A stretch of DNA of 64,000 nt from a virus. A program made the position numbers and the translations under genes. Shown here piece after piece: positions 40,362-49,629 of this stretch; the stretch's first letter is position 1, and each line of letters begins with the position of its first letter. The DNA lies in the IMG/VR virus record IMGVR_UViG_3300035670_000055, positions 1-64,000 of that record, one strand, 5' to 3'. The notes below the pieces were generated by a model, which saw nothing but the letters and a program-made list of their open reading frames with translations, made no database searches and was not told where the DNA came from.

Positions 40362-42785
40362 ATGAAACATTGTACAACAGATAAATGTCCACAAATATTA
40401 GACTCTTCATGTGTATTTTATGAAGGAACAAGCCTTATATTCTCTGGAATAAATACAAATGATTCTGTAGAAATAGTAATACAAAAATTAAATTTAAAAT
40501 TAGAATCTATTCCAGTATTTAATTCAAATAATTATTATACAAAAAATGAAACTTATTCTAAAATTGAAATTAATGAGTTACTAGATACAATAGAAGTAAC
40601 AAAAACACAATTAGATGTTTTAATTTCTGAAAATAAATTAGAGCCAAATAGGCTTTATAAAATTACAGGAGTTGAATCATGGTGTATTTCACAGCACTTA
40701 ATTAAAGCTATTTATCTTAAAGCAATTACTAACAACACTTTAGAATCAGAAGGTGTAGGTGAATTTTACACACCAAAATACAACAATTCAGATGATAATT
40801 TAGGTATTTGGAAAGGAGAGTTATTTACTAATGGAATGATTGATTCATTAAGTTATAATATTGGCGATAAAGTTATTTGGGGTAATTTGTTTTGGGAGAA
40901 TATAAGTGGGAGTATTGGAAATAATATTGGAAGTAAGGTTGGAAGTCTTGTTCAAGTAAAAGTAGAAAATCATTTATCTGAAACAGATTGGCAATTAATA
41001 ACTCCTAATAATAATGAAAATCTTTATAATATTCAATTTGATAGAATTAAATATGATATTGAAAATGACTATATTAATTTTAGAGCAGATGATTTTGGAA
41101 ATGTATATGAGCTTTCTTATAACACTCTTTTTAGTCTATTTCCTTTAGTTAATTCTGTTAATGTTTATTATGTAAATGGAATATCGTTGTTTCAATGGGG
41201 TATAAGTAATACATCAAGCAATACTATTAATGAATCATTAGTCTTTAATTGTAATCACAATTTAATTTCATTTAAAAATAACCATATTTTAAAAAAATCT
41301 ACAATTATTAGAAATAGTTTTTTAAATGTAAATATTGAAGGAAATACACTTAAAACATCTTATGTTACTAATAATTTTTTAAAAACTTATGGGGGAATAT
41401 TTTATAATAACTTAGACAATTCATATATTAGTTTAAATAAATATTATTTTGAAATAAGTTATAATAATTTGAAATATAACTCTAGAATCTATACCAATAA
41501 TGATAATAACATAATTGTTAATGATAAATATTCTATTATTAAAGGAAACGCCTTAGATAATAATAGTACAATATCTTATAATATCTTTGTAGAAGAGGGG
41601 GAAGAAGTAGATGGTAATATAAAATCTATTCAGGGAAATGAATTAATTAACAATTGTTCAATCAATAATAATACTATTAAGAATGGTTCAAAAATAAGTG
41701 ACCATCACTTATCATATTCCTCAACTATTAATAGAAATACATTAGATAGAGAGTCTAATATTTACAATAATCAAGTTACTCAGAGATCAAAAATTGATAA
41801 TAACATTCTAGCAGGACATAGTAGAATATATGCAAATCAATTAGATGATGCCTCTGAAATTACTTTATGTAAATTGAGAATATATCCAACAACTTCTTAC
41901 TCATCTGAAATACATAGTAGTAGATTATTTAAAGGAAAAATACAGAATATTGATTTTGGAAACATTGTAAATCCAGAGGGTACAAATCCTAATGACCCTA
42001 ATTTTCGTGGAAACACTTTGTCAGAATGTATTATTGAAAATTTATCAATAATTAAAGATTTAAAATTTCCTAACAGTGGTGGAAAATACATTCAATTTGT
42101 TAAAATGAATGGATTTAGTGAATTTAAAAATATTACTGTAAATGATTCAATTAGAAATGTAGATTTTATAAATACTATTTTTAATGAAGCATCAGATTAT
42201 TCTAAATTAATAGAAGGTAGTGGATACCAAACAAATGGTTTTACAAAAACTTATATTGATGGAATATTACTACAAGATAAATTTGATGGGAAACAAGATG
42301 TTTTAACAAACCCAGTAACAGGGACTGGTACTATTAACTATCTTACTAAATTCTCAGAAAATGGAAAAATTAGTGACTCTCAAATTTTTGAGGATGGAAC
42401 TAGTGTAGGAATAGGAAAAGATTCACCATCAGAAAAATTAGATATAAATGGAAACGTAAAAGCAACTGGTTTCTTATTAGGAACAGACAAAATATTACCA
42501 ACTAAACCAATTATAGTAACAGGAAATATTACATTAGATAACAGCCATAATTCAGCCGTATTAATTATAACCAATACGTGTACGATTACAATCCCTACTG
42601 GATTAGAGGCAGGCTTTAATCTTGTAGCAATTGTAGAAGGTTCTTTCATAGCAACATTTATACAAGGTAGCGGAACTACCGTAAATGCACCACAAGGTTT
42701 TTATTTAAAAACTAACTCTAAATGTTCTTTAATTAAGAAAAGTGGAGAAAATTATATATTAACAGGAGAATTAGCAACATCATGA
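40362..42785 (+). CDS. tail fibre/spike with Asn-rich beta-helix
   Basis: Cys anchor motif; repeated I.xN.L periodicity; VGIG...PSEKLDING shaft motif. Confidence 0.75.
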   Translation: MKHCTTDKCPQILDSSCVFYEGTSLIFSGINTNDSVEIVIQKLNLKLESIPVFNSNNYYTKNETYSKIEINELLDTIEVTKTQLDVLISENKLEPNRLYKITGVESWCISQHLIKAIYLKAITNNTLESEGVGEFYTPKYNNSDDNLGIWKGELFTNGMIDSLSYNIGDKVIWGNLFWENISGSIGNNIGSKVGSLVQVKVENHLSETDWQLITPNNNENLYNIQFDRIKYDIENDYINFRADDFGNVYELSYNTLFSLFPLVNSVNVYYVNGISLFQWGISNTSSNTINESLVFNCNHNLISFKNNHILKKSTIIRNSFLNVNIEGNTLKTSYVTNNFLKTYGGIFYNNLDNSYISLNKYYFEISYNNLKYNSRIYTNNDNNIIVNDKYSIIKGNALDNNSTISYNIFVEEGEEVDGNIKSIQGNELINNCSINNNTIKNGSKISDHHLSYSSTINRNTLDRESNIYNNQVTQRSKIDNNILAGHSRIYANQLDDASEITLCKLRIYPTTSYSSEIHSSRLFKGKIQNIDFGNIVNPEGTNPNDPNFRGNTLSECIIENLSIIKDLKFPNSGGKYIQFVKMNGFSEFKNITVNDSIRNVDFINTIFNEASDYSKLIEGSGYQTNGFTKTYIDGILLQDKFDGKQDVLTNPVTGTGTINYLTKFSENGKISDSQIFEDGTSVGIGKDSPSEKLDINGNVKATGFLLGTDKILPTKPIIVTGNITLDNSHNSAVLIITNTCTITIPTGLEAGFNLVAIVEGSFIATFIQGSGTTVNAPQGFYLKTNSKCSLIKKSGENYILTGELATS

Positions 42786-44314
42786 TAAGTTTACATCACG
42801 AAATATTTGGAAGGCAGCTAAATGGATTATTTAAAATACCTTTTTTAAATTCAAATATGGTTAGTATTGGTATTAGTACACGTTATGGGGATATTATTGT
42901 AAAGCATTTAGATAACTCTATCATTAATTATACAACACTTAAATTTACAGACTTATCAAATCTAAGTAATTATAATACATTTAATCAAGTATATTCTAAC
43001 ATATATACAGGAGATTTAGAAGTAACAACATTAAATGGAAATTCAGATGTATATAGTATTGCTTTCTATTCAGATAATGGAGCAATAAATGAAAATAGAT
43101 ATAATATACAAGACATAGGGTTATTTTATGCGCAATTTCCAAGTTTGTATAGTATTAGATATTATATATTTTATGCTCAAGATGATACTAAAAGAGCTAC
43201 AATAAAAGGGAATATGTGTAAGATAGGCGCGTCTGTTGAAATAGTTAATATAGAAACGTTTGACGTTTTAAATAGAACTAACGATGTTTGGGGTAATATA
43301 GACGAAATGCCAATTAATTCACAATTAAAATACTGGAAAGACACAAATACAGCATGGGGGTTTAGATATTTTGGAAATTTAGCCAACTTGCCTATAAGTA
43401 TAAACTATTTTGCAATTTCGGGGTTAATTAATTCAAGTTTCACTTATACAGCAGGTAGAACATGGGCTTCCTCTTTCGATACTTTAGACTTAGGAAATGC
43501 AAGTTTATCACCAGCAGATACTGACAATCTACTCAATGATATGGCTAATTCTATTACTACTGCAATAGGTAGTAAAGTGATAAGATTAGCTAATTGTTAT
43601 AGAACACAAGCAAGTGACACAGCAGTTGCTTATTTGCAAAGTTTAGGGTTTACAATTACTGTTTTAGGTATTAGCTCTAAAATTTTAGATTTACCACTGC
43701 AAAATAATTTTACAGATACTACTGGCATTAACACAATGGTAGCAGGTGGTACTTCTAATTTACCAACTTTCACATTAGAAGGTGGAGAATATGCAGCGAC
43801 TTTTAACGGTTCGCAATCATTAAAAACGAACGCTAATTTTGTTATAAATAGTGATAAAATTTCTATAAGTTTTTGGATGAAAACAAGTCAGACAGGAATT
43901 GCTGTTTTGCAAGAGCTTTCTTCAAATTCTGATAATAAAAATGCATTTGCAACAGCTATTAATGTAGAGTATGCTAATAAATTTAGTATGCAAAACAAAA
44001 AAACATCAAACTCTGTTTATAATGCCGTCTATTCAACATCTACAATTAATCAAAATAGTTGGCATCACGTGTGCGTAGTTTCAGATAGATATTTAAACGG
44101 AAATAATGAAACTAAAATATATGTAGATAATGTTTTAGCTAATGTTGTTTTTAACAATTTTGATTCATCAGGAAATTATATTAATGATATTCTATATATA
44201 GGGCAAAGAGGTGGAAGTTCTTTAGGCTTCAATGGTCAAATGAAATTCTTAAAAATCTTTAATTATCCGCTTTCAACAACAGAAATAACAAATCTTTTTA
44301 ATAAAACAATGTAA
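42782..44314 (+). CDS. receptor-binding protein with C-terminal LamG/concanavalin-like domain
   Basis: SISFWMK, WHHVCV, LYIG..., FNGQM..LKIFN..LS..EI..L. Confidence 0.75.
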   Translation: MISLHHEIFGRQLNGLFKIPFLNSNMVSIGISTRYGDIIVKHLDNSIINYTTLKFTDLSNLSNYNTFNQVYSNIYTGDLEVTTLNGNSDVYSIAFYSDNGAINENRYNIQDIGLFYAQFPSLYSIRYYIFYAQDDTKRATIKGNMCKIGASVEIVNIETFDVLNRTNDVWGNIDEMPINSQLKYWKDTNTAWGFRYFGNLANLPISINYFAISGLINSSFTYTAGRTWASSFDTLDLGNASLSPADTDNLLNDMANSITTAIGSKVIRLANCYRTQASDTAVAYLQSLGFTITVLGISSKILDLPLQNNFTDTTGINTMVAGGTSNLPTFTLEGGEYAATFNGSQSLKTNANFVINSDKISISFWMKTSQTGIAVLQELSSNSDNKNAFATAINVEYANKFSMQNKKTSNSVYNAVYSTSTINQNSWHHVCVVSDRYLNGNNETKIYVDNVLANVVFNNFDSSGNYINDILYIGQRGGSSLGFNGQMKFLKIFNYPLSTTEITNLFNKTM

Positions 44315-44315
44315 T

Positions 44316-44801
44316 ATGAGCGAAATAGCAATTATAAGCACAAGAGAAGTCATTTATGAATCTTCTTTACAGAAATCAGGAAAAATAAAAGTTACTTTAA
44401 AAATATCTCAAAATTTTGGCACGTGGAATTTAGATGTCAAATATTTTGGGGTAGAAAAAGCAACAGGCACTAGAACTGCACTTGTAGAAACAGGCGTTAA
44501 TGAAGAAACTCTAGAGCCTATCTATGATACAGTAGAAGAAAGTTATGAGTATTTACAACAAAATTTAGTACTTGAAAAACAATTGAATAAATCTGATGCA
44601 GAAATAGACGGTTTATTCCAATTAGTTGGTAAATCTATTTTGCCTAATGAATTTTCAGATAAATTTTTTGAAATACAATGCGATGCTTTGCTAATGTATG
44701 TAAAAAACGACTTTATAAATCCAGAAGAACAAGACGAAAATAAGAAACTTTGCATTTTTGGATTAAAACCTAATGAATGGGAAATTTTTAATAACAATTA
44801 A
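44316..44801 (+). CDS. hypothetical, possibly fibre-associated protein
   Basis: 161-aa acidic ORF directly after the fibre genes. Confidence 0.55.
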   Translation: MSEIAIISTREVIYESSLQKSGKIKVTLKISQNFGTWNLDVKYFGVEKATGTRTALVETGVNEETLEPIYDTVEESYEYLQQNLVLEKQLNKSDAEIDGLFQLVGKSILPNEFSDKFFEIQCDALLMYVKNDFINPEEQDENKKLCIFGLKPNEWEIFNNN

Positions 44802-44802
44802 T

Positions 44803-45141
44803 ATGAATTTACTTTTATTTATAATTGCGTGGGTTTTGATACCGCCTTTAACCGTTTGGAATTTAATAATTGTAAACCGAAAATATGGCAGTACAAAAGG
44901 CTACTTTAGAAGCACAGCATTATCCATTGATATTTGGGCTAATCGTGAGTTTCGTGCCTTTTGGAACGCACAGTTAAGAACAGAAGAAGGTTATGAATTT
45001 GGAGTAATTGGCGAAACTATTTCAAGCGCACTTGGGAAAAACCAAAGAGATTGAACGCTGACCAAAAAAGGAAAAACTTTAGTCGCAATCTTAGATTTTT
45101 TAGATAAAAATCATTGTATAAAATCAATCAAAGAAATATAA
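44803..45141 (+). pseudogene. phage membrane protein interrupted by in-frame TGA (45052-45054)
   Basis: ETISSALGKNQRD*TLTKKGKTLVAILDFLDKNHCIKSI. The recognisable ETISS..G...LD..D.NHC..SI family motif continues past the stop. Confidence 0.7.
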
Positions 45142-45279
45142 ACAACACGCACAAACGATAAACTAATTAATCAAAATCAAATTATATGGAGTTTTTAGAT
45201 TATTTTTACTAACAATAATTGGAATTGTTTTTGTTTCTTATTGCTTTATAAAAAATACATTAAATAAATACTAAAAATA

Positions 45280-45311
45280 TTTGCATAATTAAAATTTTAT
45301 TATTAAGTTTG
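45280..45311 (+). promoter_or_regulatory. consensus Bacteroidota promoter
   Basis: TTTG (45280-45283), 20 nt, TAAGTTTG (45304-45311). Confidence 0.7.
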
Positions 45312-45328
45312 TAGTTATTAACTAAATA

Positions 45329-45370
45329 GCACGTAATGATTCTTAAAATAAGAATAATTACGTGTTTTTT
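45329..45370 (+). terminator. terminator-like hairpin before lysis cassette
   Basis: GCACGTAATGATTCTT / AAGAATAATTACGTGT followed by a T run. Confidence 0.6.
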
Positions 45371-45390
45371 GTATATACGTATAAACGACT

Positions 45391-45711
45391 ATGAACAATA
45401 ATATCTTTGAAGATCAGGTTAAAAAAGAATTAAAAAATATGGACCAACGTCTCTATGAGTTGGAGGAAAAAATGACCTCTATTGACACAAAACTAAGCCA
45501 AGTTGTAGATGCTATTTTAGGAAACCCATTAACTAAATCGGGAGGTTTTATAAAAGACATCGAAATAATGAAAGAAAAAATTCAAGAATTAGAAAACAAA
45601 ATACAATTTCAAGAAGAATTTAAAAAGAAAATTACATGGACTTTTGCCATTGTTGTTACTGTTGCTCTTATTTTAGAGTATTTTGTAAATATTTATTCAA
45701 GTATAACATAA
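45391..45711 (+). CDS. coiled-coil protein with C-terminal TM helix (holin/lysis-associated)
   Basis: Heptad coiled coil plus one hydrophobic helix; upstream of the amidase. Confidence 0.55.
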   Translation: MNNNIFEDQVKKELKNMDQRLYELEEKMTSIDTKLSQVVDAILGNPLTKSGGFIKDIEIMKEKIQELENKIQFQEEFKKKITWTFAIVVTVALILEYFVNIYSSIT

Positions 45712-46319
45712 TGAAAATAAATTTTAATAATATATTATCTATTGCTATTCTTATATTAGCTGTAATTATTATTCTACAAAGAATTAATTCTTCTCCTGAT
45801 ATAGTAGAAAAGTCTACTATTGTTCGAGATACTGTTTGGCAGAAAAAAAATAGTGTAATATATACTTCTCCTAAAGTAGTACAGACTATTCCTGTTAAAA
45901 TAGTTAGTGAAAAATATTTACCAGATCCAAATTATGATAAACTTGTTTTGCAATATCAGGAACTAGTAAAATTACATTTAGCTAAAAATGTTCAAAAAGA
46001 TAGTGTTCAAATAGATTCTATAGGCTTTGTAAAAGTGACAGACACTGTACAAAATAATATTGTCCAAAATAGAAAATGGGAATATAATATTAAATATCCT
46101 ATTATAAAAGAAACAATTATACAACCTCCTAAAAAAGTAAATCAATTATATATTGGTGGAGGATTACAAGGAAACCAATATAATATAATTAATTCTGTAA
46201 ATGGCGGAATATTATATAAAAATAAAAAAGATCAAATATATGGACTCTCTGTAGGTATAAACACAAATGGACAAATAGTTTATGGAGTGAGTTCTTATTG
46301 GAAAATAAAATTTAAATAA
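45711..46319 (+). CDS. putative spanin-like membrane-anchored protein
   Basis: TAATG-coupled ATG 45711; N-terminal TM; C-terminal amphipathic beta strands ending YWKIKFK. Confidence 0.55.
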   Translation: MKINFNNILSIAILILAVIIILQRINSSPDIVEKSTIVRDTVWQKKNSVIYTSPKVVQTIPVKIVSEKYLPDPNYDKLVLQYQELVKLHLAKNVQKDSVQIDSIGFVKVTDTVQNNIVQNRKWEYNIKYPIIKETIIQPPKKVNQLYIGGGLQGNQYNIINSVNGGILYKNKKDQIYGLSVGINTNGQIVYGVSSYWKIKFK

Positions 46320-46538
46320 ATGAAAAAAGTAGATTTTGGATGGAAATATTATTTTCAACCTACACCAAAAAGATTAAGAGTTTTTGGAGATAGTCTTGCT
46401 GCTGCTGGTACATTAGGAGCGAGTATTGCTGTGTTAAATGGACATCCTATTGTAGGTACAGTAGTAATGGTTATTGCTGTAATAGGTAAATTTATTTCAA
46501 ATTTTTTCATAGAAGATAAAAAAGAAGAAAATGAATAG
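46320..46538 (+). CDS. putative holin
   Basis: 72 aa, two hydrophobic segments, charged tail; adjacent to the endolysin. Confidence 0.6.
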   Translation: MKKVDFGWKYYFQPTPKRLRVFGDSLAAAGTLGASIAVLNGHPIVGTVVMVIAVIGKFISNFFIEDKKEENE

Positions 46539-47067
46539 AAAAATTATTATAAGTGCAGGACATGGAGGAACTGATTCTGGAGCTGTAGCTAATGGATACA
46601 CAGAAAGAGATTTAACTATAGAATTTAGAGAATTGTTGGTAAAAGAATTGTTATTATTAGGTGTAAAACCTTTAATTGATGATAATAAAAACGCTTTAAA
46701 ACAAACTCTAGCATGGTTAGTAGGAAAATATTCTTCTAAAGATATACTATTAGATATTCACTGGAATGCTGCTATTCCTAAAGCTAGAGGTACAGAAGTA
46801 ATTGTTCCTGATAAGCCTTCTCTATTTGAAAGTTCTTTTGCAAAAGAAATTTTAGATGTTTTTGTATCTAATGGATTTACTAGTAGAGGAGTAAAAACAG
46901 AAAGTCAAACTGCTAGAAAAAGATTAGGATGGATGAGACCTGCAGCAGAAAACATATTAATTGAAATGGCATTTTTAACAAATACATTAGATTTAGAATT
47001 ATATAAAATGGTTAAATATAAATTAGCTAAAGAATTAGCAGTTGTAATAAAAAAATCACTAAATTAA
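46531..47067 (+). CDS. endolysin, N-acetylmuramoyl-L-alanine amidase (Amidase_3)
   Basis: ISAGHGG.D.GA, E, DIHWNA, LIEMAF. Confidence 0.9.
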   Translation: MNRKIIISAGHGGTDSGAVANGYTERDLTIEFRELLVKELLLLGVKPLIDDNKNALKQTLAWLVGKYSSKDILLDIHWNAAIPKARGTEVIVPDKPSLFESSFAKEILDVFVSNGFTSRGVKTESQTARKRLGWMRPAAENILIEMAFLTNTLDLELYKMVKYKLAKELAVVIKKSLN

Positions 47068-47071
47068 TTAC

Positions 47072-47102
47072 AATTAATGTAATTGAATCAATTACATTAA
47101 TT
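47072..47102. repeat. perfect 31-bp palindrome
   Basis: AATTAATGTAATTGA-A-TCAATTACATTAATT. Confidence 0.85.
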
Positions 47103-47136
47103 TATAAATAATTACCATAGATTTATAATTATTTTA

Positions 47137-47144
47137 TAAATTTG
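47137..47144 (+). promoter_or_regulatory. -7 promoter element for accessory cluster
   Basis: TAAATTTG, 21 nt upstream of ATG 47166. Confidence 0.5.
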
Positions 47145-47165
47145 TGTATAATAAAAATTCATATT

Positions 47166-47303
47166 ATGAGTATACCAGCAAGACCTACTGGACAAGATCC
47201 ACAATCACAATTACTATGGCATATATCTAAACAATTAGATACGCTTATTAAAATTGTAAGTAAAAGCCCTTCTACAACTACAACAACTACCACTACAGTA
47301 TAA
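47166..47303 (+). CDS. 45-aa peptide with C-terminal Thr8-Val tail (not in ORF track)
   Basis: MSIPARPTGQDPQSQLLWHISKQLDTLIKIVSKSPSTTTTTTTTV*; Thr codons are mixed. Confidence 0.8.
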   Translation: MSIPARPTGQDPQSQLLWHISKQLDTLIKIVSKSPSTTTTTTTTV

Positions 47304-47329
47304 TGAGAGATGTAAAATTTATTAAGTAA
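47303..47329 (+). pseudogene. orphaned former 5' end of glycosyltransferase gene (MRDVKFIK*)
   Basis: TAATG-coupled start; cut off from ...TAQPDD by the HNH gene. Confidence 0.55.
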
Positions 47330-47390
47330 TCAATCAAATAGTATGATATTTCAAATTTTTTATTGTATATTTGTTAAATAAATAATAGAT

Positions 47391-47933
47391 ATGAAAAAAG
47401 AAATTTGGAAACCAGTAAAAAATTATGAATCTTATTATGAAGTTAGTAATGAAGGAAATATCAGATCAATTGAAAGAATTGTTGAACTCCCAATACATCA
47501 ATATCTTAAAAAGCAAAAAATGATAAAACAATTTAAAGATCGTCGTGGGTATTTTCATGTAAAGTTGTATAATGGACTTGGAGAATGTAAATCATTAACA
47601 ACTCATAGAATAGTTGCTTTAACTTTCATAGACAATCCAGAAGGTTTAATAGAAGTTAATCATATTGATCATAATAAGCATAATAATCATGTTGATAATC
47701 TTGAATGGATTACTAGGAGTGATAATATAAAACATTCATATATTCATAGAGATCCTAAAACTTATAAAGGCAGTGGGAATAAAAATGCTAAGTTAACAGA
47801 AGAGCAAGTTAAAAATATTAGAAAAGAATATAAAAATAATAAAATTACATATAAAGAACTTGCTTATAAAAATAATGTTGGAGTAACATTAATAGGATAT
47901 ATTGTTAATAATAAAATATGGAAACATGTCTAA
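47391..47933 (+). mobile_element. free-standing NUMOD4-HNH homing endonuclease with own promoter
   Basis: EIWKPV..YE..YEVSN.G.IRS; HR.VA..F, VNHIDHNKHNN...NLEW...DN..H; TATATTTG at 47366-47373. Confidence 0.9.
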
Positions 47934-48942
47934 ACCAATTATAATTACAGCACAGCCCGATGATCAATACTTTATTTGGCAAAATCATTTGTACATTGAA
48001 TCATGTTTAAACCAAGGATTTACTCAAGATCAAATACATATATTATTATACAAACCTAAAAATAGACAATTTAATAATAATTGGAATAAATTAAAAGATA
48101 TATATCCAGATATAAATATATTTTTATACGAAGATAAAGGAGTTCAACAATTCTTGGGAGTTTATATTCCTATACTAAGACCTCATATTCTTTGGCAGCA
48201 TTTTGAAGTTTATCCAGAATTAAAGGATAAAACAATTATTTATACAGATAGTGATATTCTTTGGTTAGATACATTAAATATAAATCATCTCTTATTAGAT
48301 AATATAAACTATGTAAGTGATGCCAGTTCTTATTTAAATTATTCATATTTTGAAAATAAATATAAACAAGTTATTCCTGAGAAATTAGAAGAGGCTAAGT
48401 CGGTAGATTTTCTAAAAGAAGTATGTAATATAGTAGGAATAGATAAAAAAATTGTAATAGATAATAATAATAACACTGGTGGAGTACAATATATTTTAAA
48501 AAATATAGATGTTGATTTTTGGAAAAAAGTTGAAACTGATGTGCTTAAAATAAGATTGTATCTTCAACAAGTAAATAAAATATATTTTAAAAGTGAGAAT
48601 GATGGCATACAATCATGGTGCGCAGATCTTTGGGCAGTACAATTTAATTTATGGTTTAGAAATTTAGAAACTAAAGTGGTAAAAGAATTAGATTTTGCTT
48701 GGGCTACAGAACCTATAGAAAAATTAAATTCTTGTACAATATTACATAATGCTGGAGTTGGAAGTAAATTTATGAATAATATTCCATATTTTTATAAAGG
48801 AGCATATCATACTGGTAATAGTCCTTTTTTAGATGAACATCTAGAAACAGTTATCAACAATGAACAATCTAAAAAACATTGTACATGGTATTATACTAAT
48901 AAATTATTAGAGTTAAAAAATAAATATAATATAAATTATTAA
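47926..48942 (+). CDS. GT-A glycosyltransferase resembling plant HPAT/SERGT1 protein O-glycosyltransferases
   Basis: YFIWQ, LRP, YTDSD (DxD), GG.QY and WCADLW, in the same order as the SERGT1/HPAT motifs (YFDWQ, NKP, LDADM, VGG, WISEMY; from recall). Confidence 0.7.
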   Translation: MSKPIIITAQPDDQYFIWQNHLYIESCLNQGFTQDQIHILLYKPKNRQFNNNWNKLKDIYPDINIFLYEDKGVQQFLGVYIPILRPHILWQHFEVYPELKDKTIIYTDSDILWLDTLNINHLLLDNINYVSDASSYLNYSYFENKYKQVIPEKLEEAKSVDFLKEVCNIVGIDKKIVIDNNNNTGGVQYILKNIDVDFWKKVETDVLKIRLYLQQVNKIYFKSENDGIQSWCADLWAVQFNLWFRNLETKVVKELDFAWATEPIEKLNSCTILHNAGVGSKFMNNIPYFYKGAYHTGNSPFLDEHLETVINNEQSKKHCTWYYTNKLLELKNKYNINY

Positions 48943-49022
48943 TAAAGATGTATTTATAATGCATGTTCCTTATTTAAGGAAGAGTGAATTTCGCTAATTT
49001 AAAAATAATAAATTTAATTAAA

Positions 49023-49202
49023 ATGAGTAACAAAACATTAAAAGCATTTGTCAGATTAGATGGACAAAATAGAGTGATTGCATCAAGTCTTATTCTTAGA
49101 AAAAATAAACCTAAGGTAGGTAGATGGAGAGAAATTGTAGCAAATGAATGCTGTATAACAAGTACAACAAGTACAACAACTGCCACATCTACAGGTAGAT
49201 AA
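49023..49202 (+). CDS. small basic protein with Thr/Ser-rich tail
   Basis: ATG 49023; ends CCITSTTSTTTATSTGR. Confidence 0.7.
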   Translation: MSNKTLKAFVRLDGQNRVIASSLILRKNKPKVGRWREIVANECCITSTTSTTTATSTGR

Positions 49203-49206
49203 TATT

Positions 49207-49623
49207 ATGGAATTATCAATATTTCCAGGTAGCATGAAACCTTCTAAAGTTTCTACAGAAGGACTAACATTAGAAACGATTGCTTCTAAGTTAACTTATT
49301 TTCAAGAACAAATACATTTACTTCATTGGCAAACTAATATGTATTCTGAACATAAAGCATTAGGTGTATTGTACGAATATATACAAGACTTTAAAGATGA
49401 ATTAATAGAAAAATTAATGGGATATACAGGAAAGAAACCTGCTATATATAAACTAGAACCACTTTCTACTTCTACATCTAATGTAGTAATAGATGAATTA
49501 CTTTCTTTTGCTAAATTATTAAAAGAATACGGAGAAATGAATTGTTACCAAGATGTATGTAATTTATCAGATTCATTATCTGGAGAAGCAGCTAAAGTAA
49601 AATATTTATTAACATTAACATAG
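49207..49623 (+). CDS. ferritin/Dps-like four-helix bundle protein
   Basis: LLHWQT...EHKAL..LYE....DELIE...KYLLTL. Confidence 0.75.
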   Translation: MELSIFPGSMKPSKVSTEGLTLETIASKLTYFQEQIHLLHWQTNMYSEHKALGVLYEYIQDFKDELIEKLMGYTGKKPAIYKLEPLSTSTSNVVIDELLSFAKLLKEYGEMNCYQDVCNLSDSLSGEAAKVKYLLTLT

Positions 49624-49629
49624 ACAAAT

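Noticed and set aside
1414-44797. Numerous short antisense ORFs in the ORF track, and + strand ORFs beyond 51341
   Set aside because: They shadow long genes on the opposite strand and show no recognisable motifs.
45052-45054. TGA/TAG stop-codon reassignment, as in some crAss-like phages
   Set aside because: Long ORFs are intact in code 11, and TGA (2556, 28135, 42785) and TAG (49623, 55976) act as normal stops. This is the only internal stop seen.
45186-45275. Possible frameshifted small membrane ORF (MEFLDYF...)
   Set aside because: It stops after 8 codons; too short and AT-rich to support.
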